Origin: Gekko japonicus
Lineage: Eukaryota
Reading direction: 5' to 3'
DNA: 63,408 nt
Assembly: GCF_001447785.1 (NCBI RefSeq)
Contig: NW_015172050.1
Coordinates: 122,447-185,854, forward strand
In this document: in pieces, positions 37,301 to 47,700 of the stretch
Position numbering within the stretch: the stretch's first letter is position 1
How the letters are laid out: each line of letters opens with the position of its first letter
Made by a program: the position numbers and the translations under genes
Notes under the pieces: generated by a model
Seen by the model: only the letters and a program-made list of their open reading frames with translations
The model's database searches: none
What the model was told of the DNA's origin: nothing

Positions 37301-38876
37301 TTCCAGCTGCGGGGAAATCCCTGGGGATTTGGGGGTGGAGCCTTGGGGAGCGTGGGGTTTAGGGATGGGAGGAAGCTCAGTCGGGGATATGATGCCATAG
37401 AGGGCACCCTCCAAAACAGCCATTTTTCTCCAGGGGGACTGTTCTCCGGAGACCAGCTGTCATTCCGGGAGATCTCCGGGTCTCATCTGGAGGCTGGCAA
37501 CCCTGGCCGGTCAACACCTTCTCCAGCTGCCATCCGAAGGGCACCTTACTTCGGAGGAGATCCCTGCTTGGGATCGGGCCCTGGGAGACCCTGCCGCCTC
37601 CTTGCCCCCGCGTCACAGGCGCCCGGCTGGATCCTGCTCCGCCCAAGGCGCGGCCACCGCCCCGGGTCCACCGCCTCGAGATCGGGAGGGAAGAAGGGAG
37701 GCTGGGAAGGGCGGTGGCTGGAGGCGCCGCCAGGGGGTTGCTCCTCCTCGCATACAGCCTGCGAGGGAGAAAGCGAGAGGCGCAAACCGACTTCTGGCGC
37801 CGACCGCGGACGACCAGGCGAGGGGACCCTCCAAATACGTTGCGTGTTCGAGCGCCCCCCCCCCCAAAAAAACCCGGAGGTTCCGGATTCAGCCCAAACC
37901 TCCCTTCAGCCGGCGAGCTCTGCGGCTGTCGCAAAGCCCAGGACTCCTTGCATGACGCTAGACCTCATGGCGCATTCTTCGCAGAGCCAGGCACGTCTAG
38001 GGCGCTTCCCGAAGCGCTTAGCTCTCTTTGGCTGCGGCCGCGCACCCTGAATAATCCACGCTCCGTGCACTTTTCAACTCGAGTTCCCTGCGTGAACGGG
38101 CAAAATCCCGTTGGAAAGTGCACTGAATGTGGATTATTTACTATGCGGGAGTGACCGCAGCCTTTGAGAAAGCCGCCGCCCCAAAACGGCGCCCCTCTGA
38201 GTGAGGCAGGCCACAGAGCGGAGAAACGCCCCGGAACCTGGACTCAGACTAGCCGATTTAGCTGGCCATCCATCCCTCCCTCCCGGGAATTCCAGATAGC
38301 CAACACGATCCTCCCTTACTCCTCTGTGTCACGCCAACCCTGTGAGGTAGGGTCGGTTGGAGAAAATGTGACTCTGGCCCAGGACGCCCCGATGAATTCC
38401 GTAGCAAGAAATCTGAACCTGGGTCTCCTCGGTCCTCCTGAATCACACCGCGCGCACACACCCCGCTCCTCCCAAGCCTCTCCCTCCATTTTGTCTCCTA
38501 ACAACCCTGTGAGGTAGGTTAGGGGGAGAACTATCGGCCCGAGGATGAAATAGTCCGCAGCTTTCCTCTTCCACGATCCGGGGTTGCCTGGCTGCGTGGA
38601 GAGACTAAGCTTTCCCCCTCCCCATAAAACTAGCCCCCAGCAGCAATTTATTGCACCCTCCCCCCCCCCCCTCGCCCCCTCTCCCCCACTTTTCACCCTT
38701 TCTGATGCAACAGGTGAACCCCCGGTGCAAAAATGTAGAGGAAGCTCTCGGATCTGGGAGGTTCGGGCAGATACTAAAGCTGGGTGGGAGATGCCAGGCG
38801 GACGGTGGACCGGCCAGGGAAGAAACTGTTGCCACGCATCACTCAGGAGGGGAGTCGGACCCCCCTGTACTCACAT
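31359..38876 (-). CDS. VAMP1-like tandem paralog (divergent synaptobrevin), 120 aa; join(38875-38876, 32432-32564, 32165-32323, 31996-32047, 31359-31375)
   Basis: Same intron phases as VAMP1 and the same exon sizes except exon 2 (133 vs 130 bp); canonical splice sites; no stops or frameshifts. Protein MSEPAQPPDLGAGPDGGESSGGPPQQPENLTSNRRVQQTQAEVNQ|VVGILCDNMEKVIKRDEQLSVLDDKADALHESSKVFENSTTALARKYWCQNMK|MMIILALICSIVAIAIG|VYFFT*. Confidence 0.9.
31625..31984 (-). mobile_element. Sauria SINE (Squam1) in the last intron of the VAMP1-like paralog
   Basis: tRNA-like head gctgcggtggctcaagtggttaag; (ACCTTT)n tail; very similar copy at 56900-57247. Confidence 0.88.
31996..32047 (-). CDS. VAMP1-like paralog exon 4 (TM helix)
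   Basis: ttccag|ATGATGATT ... GGAG|gtaagt; 52 bp. Confidence 0.92.
32165..32323 (-). CDS. VAMP1-like paralog exon 3 (R-SNARE motif)
   Basis: ctctcag|GTGGTGGGC ... ATGAAG|gtgagc; 159 bp; zero-layer Arg retained (VIKRDEQL). Confidence 0.94.
32432..32564 (-). CDS. VAMP1-like paralog exon 2
   Basis: ttgtag|GTCTGAGCC ... AACCAA|gtgagt; 133 bp. Confidence 0.92.
33624..34396 (+). mobile_element. hAT MITE (CAGGGGTCATTTC TIR)
   Basis: TIR caggggtcatttc/gaaatgacccctg; perfect 8-bp TSD attttatg. Confidence 0.9.
34918..35168 (-). mobile_element. RTE-BovB 3' fragment
   Basis: About 95% identical by eye to the copy at 1365-1610. Confidence 0.93.
35970..36288 (+). mobile_element. hAT-Charlie MITE
   Basis: TIR cagtgatagcgaacct/aggttcgccaccactg; perfect TSD ccctagta. 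Confidence 0.88.
37520..38250. promoter_or_regulatory. CpG island in intron 1 of the VAMP1-like paralog
   Basis: High CpG density 0.6-1.3 kb downstream of paralog exon 1. Confidence 0.55.
38875..38876 (-). CDS. VAMP1-like paralog exon 1 (AT|G)
   Basis: gcagccAT|gtgagtac, the same arrangement as VAMP1 exon 1. Confidence 0.75.
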
Positions 38877-39687
38877 GGCTGCCCCCGCCTCAGTCCCTGG
38901 AGATGGCTCGGCTTCCCCCCAAAGCCTTTCCTCGCGGGCTCCTGGAACTTGCCTTAGACGAACACCTTCCCGAGGGGGAACCAAGCCACAGAGGGGACAG
39001 TGTGCTGTCGCCACACCCACACGAGCCGGCGATGGCGTCACCCCCAGCCCTTCCAGCCGCCGCCCTCCCGGACCTGTGCCAAGTGACTCACTCACTCCTC
39101 AGCAGAGAGGACAGGAGTCTGGCTTCGGCCTGCCTTTCATCTTCCCCCTTTTCTGCTGTGCCCAGCGATCAGCTAACTGGCCAGGACACTGCGGCTCTTT
39201 CTTTCAGCTTCATTGTCACACATAAGGCAGCAAAAGGACTTGGGGGGGGGGGGGAGTGCCGGCCTGTACTCACCAATTTGGAAATCTAACCGGAGAGATT
39301 CCAGTCCAGTAGCACCTTGGGGACCAGAGATTTTCATGGTATATGCTTTCGAGAGTTAAAGGTTTATGGGCCAGGTACCTTTGAGGCTTGAAAGCTTACA
39401 CAGTTGGAAAATCCTGTTGGTCTCGAAAGCGCTACTGGACTCAAATCAAACTGTTCCATTGCTGACCAGCACAGCTCCCTCTGAAACTAATTAATTAAAA
39501 TAATTATCCTATGGCATTGTGTGTAGAACGGCCAGGGGAGCCTAAAATTGTCTGGCAGCCACAAGTTCTGGCTTTTAGTGTTATGCTAATGGTGAGCTAG
39601 ACTTGTTTTTAGGGGCTGACAGAGCTCTGAAAGCACTGTGACTGGCCCAAGGTCATCCAGCTGGCTTCATGTGGAAGAGTGGGGAAT

Positions 39688-40325
39688 CATAGAATGCTAG
39701 AGTTGGAAGGGACCTTGCAAGTCATCTAGTCCAACCCCCAGCACTCTGCAGGAGCATAGCTGAAAGATAGCCCTACAACATACTCGAAAGATGGTCATCC
39801 AGCCACAGTTTGAAAACGTCCCGCGAAGGAGCATCCACCACCTCCCAAGGCAGTCTGTTCCGCTGCTCAACCACTCTTACAATTAGGAAGTTTCTCCTGA
39901 TATTTAGCCGGTATCGACTCTCTTGTAATTTCCACCCATTAGATCTAGTCTTGCAATCCGGAGCAAGATAGATCTGCTCCATCTTCTACATGAGAGCCCT
40001 TCAAATATTTGAAGACTGCAATCGTGTCCCCTCTAAGCCTTCTCTTTCCCAGGCTAAACATACCCAACTCTTTGAGCCTTTCGTCATAAGACTTGAATTC
40101 CAACCCTCTCACTATCCTGGTTGCCCTCTTCTGGACATGCAAAAGCTTGTCCGCATCCTTCCTAAAATGTGGTGTCCAAAACTGGACACAGTACTCCAGG
40201 TGAGGCCTGACCGTAGCAGAATAGAGTGGAACTACCACCTCTGGACACGATGCTTCTGTTAATGCACCCTAAGATTGCATTAGCTTTCTTCGCAGCCACA
40301 TCGCACTGCAGGCTCATGTTTAGCT
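39688..40325 (-). mobile_element. CR1 LINE 3' fragment nested in a SINE
   Basis: [18 protein letters not shown]...[15 protein letters not shown]...YLKG. Confidence 0.92.
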
Positions 40326-42541
40326 TGAATCGAACCTGGTTCTCCAGATTACAGTGCACCGCTCTTAACCACTACACCAAACTGGCTCGTCCTCTGAAAC
40401 TACCTTAACCTGATGGCTCTGAGTCAATGGATCTCAGAATACATTATTTACTCAAATGCAAAACTACGGCTTTTTCCCCAAGTATGTCATCAAAGGGGGG
40501 AGGGAATCTTTGACATCACCTGCTGCCTGGTCCTTTCAACTGGAGATACTGGGAATGGAACCAGGGACCTTCTGCGTGCAAAGCAGGCGCTCTTCCACTG
40601 AGCCACAGCCCCTTCTCGAAAGCAGCCGCCGTCTCTGCCCACTGTTGGAAACAGGATGCTGGACTGGATGGACATTTGGTCTGGCAGGTCTCTTCTTTGA
40701 TTCCCCCAACTATAAAAATGCAGGAGTGGCTGTGGTAGATCAGGCCAGAGCCTTTACAACAGAGGCCCACCAGATGCCCCTGAGAAGCCCACAAATAGGA
40801 TCTGCAAACAGTCGTTTCTGACCATTAGAGGCACTCGGAATGTGGGTTTAGCATACAGTTAATAGCCCCCACAATATGTTTCTCTTCCATCATTCCTGTC
40901 CAACCTCCTTTTAAATCCATCTAACTCCTTGAGCAAGGCTGCCAGTAATGCACTCTGGAGGTCATTAATTCAGGGGGTTAACATTAAGTCAGAAGCAACT
41001 CGATGGCACATCACACACGCAACTCCGTGGGCATCAGACGACATCTCATGGCAGGAAGTTCCACAGATCACCTGCTGGGTGGAGAAGAACTTTTGTCCAT
41101 TTCAAATTTGCTGCCTATTGGCTTCGGAGGGTGATCCTGAGTTCTAGTATCATGAGAAAGGCAGAAACGTGTGTTTTCTCTGTACCATATATAGTTTTGT
41201 GCCCCCTTTTCTGTCAGCCCTTAGCAGCCTTCAAGCCATTCCAACCCCATTACCGTTTTGGTTGTCCTTCCTCCAGCTCTCACCTCTGCAGCACAGCTTG
41301 TGCTGGCAAAAGCTAGCCAGCACCCTGCGCTCATCAGGGCACACCAGCCATTTAACTTATCAGAAAAGGTGCCTGCGGGCCCCTGCACTGGACAACTGCA
41401 GATGGCCAGGAGCGAGCAGGGGCAAGTCCGTTTTTCTGCCTGTGCTTATGGGGCCACACAGCTCAGACCTGGACAGGAGCCCAAACCACAGGGCAGGTCC
41501 ATAGCTACGGCGGGGCATTTGGGGGCTCTGCCCCCTCAACTGTGAGGCACGCCCCACAACAGCTGCTGGCCCTCTCCCCTCCTGACATTAAAAGGGCCCT
41601 CCAATTGATCGGCGGGAGCATGTGGCCCACGGATCAGCTGGAGAGCCCTTTAAACCACTCCACTCCCTCCCCCAAGGGGACGTGCCAGTCTCAACGGTGT
41701 TTTCGCTCATGTTCTTTCATATTTACCTGAGATCTTTGCATGAGATCCCCTGAAACTTTGGAGTCAGCTCTTGTCAGTAGGCTCATAACACTCGGAACTG
41801 TAGTTCTGTGAGGCTCCAGATGCTTAATAGAGTGAAGAAGCCAAAACTGAATCCAGATTAAGAAGAGGCAATGCTGGCTGGGAAAGCAGATGTTCTGGAG
41901 GTGGTAGATCCACAACTTGGAGAAGGTCAAATCCCATTTGGGGAGAATTCCAGGACCTTCAAATGTCTCAGAGCTGTTAGGATTGCCTTCTATCCATACC
42001 TCAAGTTTGCTGACTTGGCCATACTGATCCCTGCCTCTGTAACCTCCAGACTTGAACTACTGTAATGCACTCTGCGTGGAGCTCTCCTTGGAGGCCATGC
42101 AGAAACTTCTAACTTGCATGTAATACATCAACATGCTTTCTGACAGATATTAGGTGTCTAATTCGAAAGACCCCAATTTTACAACAGTTGCACTGGCTGT
42201 CCAGTTTTTCGAAGGCTCATTTCAAGGTGTTGCTCTTGACCTTTAAAGTTCTTCATGATTCAAGGCCCTCATACTTAAATGACCACCCAGAACAGGGTAC
42301 TTAGCTTCGGCAAGCACACCAGCTTTCTCATGGGTAGCCTCCATCCTATGAACTGGTCTATGGGAGACACATAAAACAGACTTGGCTTTAGGGGCATCTG
42401 GCAGTCCCTTTGACAAGTCAGGATCTACGGAGGGCACTTGGTAAGTGCCACTTGTTCTGGCAAGTGCTGGTCTCTTTATTTGTTTTCCAGCTGCCAAGTT
42501 CAAACTGCAGTTGTCTGGGTTGAAGTTCTAGAGGTCAGGTC

Positions 42542-43606
42542 CAATGTTCCCTCTAATTCCCCCCCCCCCACTGAGCGGAGCAGTTCACATCCTGAGGAGC
42601 ACATAACAGCTGTAATCTTAAAATGTTAATTTTAAAAAGGTTACACAGTGCAAAAATATGTAATAAATATTGTATCATTATAAAGGCTATAAAGTGTGCT
42701 TTATCCCAAATATAATAGTAAGTATAAATAAGACAAGGGAGCAGGAAGTTACGGAATTTATACTAGAGATTTACGAAAAGAAATATGACAAAGATCAAAA
42801 ATATGATGTTGGCCACCTTAGAGGGGGGAGGGAAAAATAGGGGTAAAAGAAGTATCAAAAATTTGTGGAATTAAATTGTAATGTAATAACAATATTGTGA
42901 TACAATAGAAACACATAAAAAGTAAGTATAAATAAGATATAATACATATAGAACTATGTTTAAGTCAAAAGTCAATCTCAAAGATGTCCATTCCGAACAC
43001 TTGAAAAATCTGACAGAGGAAAACTTTCCAAAAAAATTATCCTGCAGTGTAAGAAAGTTCACTTCCTCCCAACCTCATTAGGGTGATGAAGCTTGTAGCA
43101 AGTAAGGATCCACACCAATGCTCCTTCTAAGCTGTGGATTCCTGTGAGCAAAAATTCTACTTTCTGAGCTACTGGTATTAAAGTTGTGAGCAGGTGATTT
43201 GGCAACTGCATAAATTAGTTTGCTCTGGAGCCATCCTCCCTGAGCTAAGACAAAAACTGTGTGAGCCAGAGGCTAAAAAACTGTGAGCTAGCTCACACTA
43301 ACTCAGCTTAGAGGGAACACTCCACACCTAGCGACACTTTTGATTTAAATGTAGTTCTATAATGTATTATATATTATTTATACTTACTATTATATTTGGG
43401 ATAAAGCACACTTATATGAGTTTATTTCATATTTTTGCACAGTGTAACCTTAAGTTCACTATTCATAGCTGTGTCCCCTGTTTACATAGTAATTTTAAAA
43501 TGGGCAACGGGTGGTGCAAGACCCTGCGTGGCTCCAGACCGCTGCTGAGCGGGGCTTCCTGTGTTAATGAGCAGCCACTCACGTACACAGCTAAGAGGGA
43601 ACACTG
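42542..43606. mobile_element. Composite hAT-like element with internal ~100-bp inverted repeats and a nested MITE
   Basis: Termini caatgttccctct/agagggaacactg; arms 42640-42731 and 43374-43450 are reverse complements. Confidence 0.55.
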
Positions 43607-44559
43607 TCTGCTTCTGGCCTGTGTACTGCTCTGAGAAGTTGCCTCAAGCACCATTAGAAGTAGGGTAGCTTTTAACTTCCAACAGAGGACTTAAAGTGCT
43701 ACATGTGTGTCCACAGCCGGGGCAGATATTTAATTTTCTCCATGTTTAAAATGTATGTTTCCCAAAGTGACACAGGACCAATTCAAGGAAGGTAATGGCT
43801 TTCTGCTAGCTACCTAAGACACTTCTGTACCACCCCTCAATCAAGGAGCTGCACAGAAAGCATAGGTGAAACAAGCTGGAGCCTAGCATGCACAGAAAAA
43901 GCTCGAGCCAAGACGGTTCTGGAGTGAAGAAACTGTTGACCCTCTTCTGCACACACCAACCCTGCAAGGTAGGTAGGATCAGCTGAGACTGGCCCAAGGC
44001 AACCCAGTGAGTTTTATGGTAGTGAGTTTTATGGTAGAGCAGAGATACTGTGGTAGGGTGCAGGATAATGGCCATGTTTCCCAGATCACCTCTTCTCCCA
44101 TAACCCATGGCACAGTGCAGTCACTTGTAGCACAACACTCCACTGTCAGAGCTTTAGGAAAGTAGTATTTTTTGATGCCAAAGCAGCATAACACCCAGGG
44201 ACACTGTACAAAAACAAGGATCCTGGGCATGATTTCATCCAGTTGGTGGCTTCTGCACTGGGAACAGAATATGCAATGCAATAGGAAAGGAAGCACCCCC
44301 TGCGTGACCAAGATGCAATAAAAGATGGGAATCAAGACCCTCCCCATTCTGCAGAAGAAGCCAGTCTGAAAACTGCTATATTTGTACATTTCATATAACA
44401 ACATTCACAAATGGCATTTTAGGGCAGTAGGTGGGCTACGCAGGAGTACACTGGCGGAAGAAACAGAAGTCGATGGACAGTGAGGAATGTCACCAGGAAA
44501 CTCACAGGTTAAAATAACTGGAATACTTTCACAGATCCATCACTCCTTGTGGGGCATTC

Positions 44560-44756
44560 TTAGCGGTGCTTCCCGGTTCGGTTCAAGCGTCTGTACAAAA
44601 ACCTTATCCGTTTGTTCAGGTTCTTATAATCCTCTACGAACATCCGGTCACCCACGATTTTCTTCTTACGGATGCATCTCTGCAGTTCATTACCCCGCCA
44701 GCCACGTAACCATACAGGGCCTCTGATCAGGTCCTTGGGGTGAGCCTGGAAGTTTC
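44560..44756 (-). CDS. MRPL51: MRPL51 exon 3
   Basis: cttag|GAAACTTC ... CGCTAA; encodes [16 protein letters not shown]. Confidence 0.96.
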
Positions 44757-47700
44757 CTAAGAGGAAGGGGGGGGGGAGGTCATCAGGCAGAGGGGAGAAA
44801 GGTTAGTTTTGGAGTCCATCACTTTCACCAGGGTCTACAACTGGTAAACAAATGTGCTGTTGATTCAACTCCTTTCTTTCTTTGCCCAGTTAGGGGTAAC
44901 GGTCAGAGTGCTGGATTCGGATCTGGGAGACCCAGGTTCAGATCCTCACTCTGCCACAGCAGCTGACTGGGATGTCATACGGAGGATGGTGTGGAGTTGT
45001 TTTCTGTTGCCCCAGAAGGTCGGACCAGAACCAACAGGTTGAAATTAAATCAAGAGTTTTCGGCTAAACATTAGGAAGAACTTTCTGACAGTAAAAAAAA
45101 AGGTTCCTCAGTGGAACAGGCTTCCTCGGGAGGTGGTGGGCTCTCCTTCTCTGGAGGTTTACAAACAGAGTCTAGATGGGCCATATGACAGCAATGCTGA
45201 TTCTGTGAACTTAGGCATGTCATGAGAGGGAGGCTGCAGGAAAGGTTGCGTCAGTGCTTAGTTCTCGTGACCCTTTCTTACACGCCCAGGGAAATGCTGA
45301 TCACCACTTGGGGTCAGGAAGCAATTTTTCTCCAGGCCAGTTTGCCTGGGGATCTTGTAGGGGTTTGTTGTCATTTTCTGGGTGTGGAACAGGGATCACT
45401 GGTGTGGGGGGGAGGTATTTGTGAATTTCCTGCATTGTGCAGGGGGTTGGACTAGATGACCTTGGAGGTACCTTCCGACTCTATGACTCTATGACCCTGG
45501 GCCAGTTACACAATCTCAGTCTAACCCATCCCCACGAGGTGGTTGTTGTGGGAATAAAATGGAAGACAGGAGCACGGCATGTGCTGCTTTGGGTCTACAC
45601 TGAGGAGAAAGGCAGGACAGGAATTAAATAAATAAATATGATAGCAGCTGATGCAGAATGTTCCCTTCAAGCCACCCTTACCATCCCTCAGGAGCACAAC
45701 ACCTAGTACAGTGTTTAAAGTGTCAGACTAGTTGACTTTAAAAATGCCAGTGCCATCGCATCAAACTTATTGATACAAGCAGAAACGGTGAAAACGGCAG
45801 AGAAGACAACACTGACGTGTTCAGGTACCCTGCTGCTTTTGAGTTCACTTAATTCCAGAAAAGATAGTATGGTGGAACCGACAGAGCGCTGGACTAGGCC
45901 CGGAAAGTGGTGGTGCAACGTGCCATCAAGTCACAGCCGCCCGATAGCAACCCTGTCGGGTTTTCAAGGCAAGAGACAAAACAGAAGTGGTTTGCCATTG
46001 CCTGCCTCTGTGTAGTGATCCTGGCCTTCCTTGGTGCGCTCCCCCAAGAGCTAACCAGGGCTGACCCTGCTTAGCTTCCAAGATCTGACGAGAAGACACA
46101 AGATCAAATCCTGCTTGCCAAAAAAAAAAAAAAAATCCATACTGGGTAACCTTGGACCGATCACTCTCCCCCAGCCTGACCTATCTCACAGGGATGTTGT
46201 GAGATTAAACTGGAGTCTATCACCCTGAGCTCCGTGGAGGAAGGACAGGATAAAAATGTAATAAATAAAATCTAGCTCGTCCAAATTAAACTGTCACTAT
46301 CATCACCCACAACCTGCACGCCCAGCCTTCAGAATAACACCTCACTGTAGCACTATTTTAATGGGACCAGTGAAAACGTTTCCAGTTTACTGCACAAAAG
46401 CTTTAACCTGCTGATCCCGTTTACTGCCAAAAGCATAATTTCTTTCATCCATTGAAATTCTTTGTCTTTCTTATACTTACCCAAAATTCCAATGTTGTCA
46501 TAGACCCCAAACAGGGCTCGTTTTTCTGTCCATCGATCAACTGGTTTGGGCTTGGGAGGCTCCTTCACGCGGAATGGGTACGGATTACCTGGGGGAAAGG
46601 GAAAAGCGAGAATTAGAAAATGATTGATTGGAAAACTCCACATCTGAGGGCCTTTCCTCTTGCATTCAGAGGGAAGGAACTTCATAATCCAAAAGCCCTT
46701 ATCTAAGAACTAGTGCCCTGTCAACAAGAGAGTCAAAAGCGGGCCTCAGAGGTTGGTGACGGTGCGCCCAAGGCGCCGGGAAGGACTTGGGGAGCCGCTG
46801 CCAGTCTGTGCAGACAAGGCTGCCCTTTGCAGCCGCCCGGCCACCCTCTCCCGCCGACACGCCACCCCTCCACCCACCTCGTTCTCCGCCTCCTGGGCCC
46901 CCTCGGCACCGGGCATCACAGGGAAGGGAAGAGAGCAGCGTGAGTGGCTGCCGGGGCCTGCTGACCGGCCATCGGGGGAGGATCCAGACACACAGAGTTC
47001 CCCAAGCTGCCCGGGCGCCCTCCCCCGCTGACGCGCCACCCCTTCGCCTGCCTCGCTCTTTGCCTCGCCCCCGCGTGCTGGGCACCACAGGGAAGGGAAG
47101 GGAAGAGAGTGGCGTGCATGGCTCTCCAGGCCTGTTGACCAGCCATCAGGGGAGGAGGATCCAGTCGAGTTCCACTGGAAAGCAGAGCGGAGGAGAAGCC
47201 CAGCGCCACTCGGGGAGCACGCCTGCCCCCCCAGCCTCTCCAGACCCAGGTAAGAACAGTCCCAGCAGCTCCCCACGCGGCGCGCGTGGCTCCCCAGGCC
47301 TGCTGACCGGCCGTCAGAGGAGGCTGTCAGGGGAGGAGGATCCAGTCGCGCCAACAGCAGAGGCACTGAACCCCCAGGCCAAGAGCCCGCCACTAGCTAC
47401 AGCAGATCGGGGACTTTCTTCTCTCCAGGCCCCGCCTAGAGGTTGGCAACCCCGTAATTGGGCACACGGGGGGGGCGCCAGAAGGTAGCCCCGCCTAGGG
47501 CACAAAAAAACCTCAGGCTGGCCCTGGGTACAACAGGGAGCATCATCTTCACATAACAGCGTTATCTCTTTGATGCATTTATATACTGACTATGCCAACA
47601 AATAAAACAATGGCACATAGATTGGAAACGGTTGATTTACATTTCAATTCTGAAAAAGGAGAGCAAAGATTGCAGCAACTATAGAACTGTTGCATTAATT

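Noticed and set aside
37256-38154. 264-aa and other ORFs in the paralog's CpG island
   Set aside because: Low-complexity GC-rich frames starting in a repeat; no homology recognised
31359-38876. Paralog as assembly artefact (false haplotypic duplication) or processed pseudogene
   Set aside because: Far too diverged to be an allele, introns present with different repeat content, frame intact
46699-47488. 200+ aa ORFs in MRPL51 intron 1
   Set aside because: Produced by GC-rich tandem repeats
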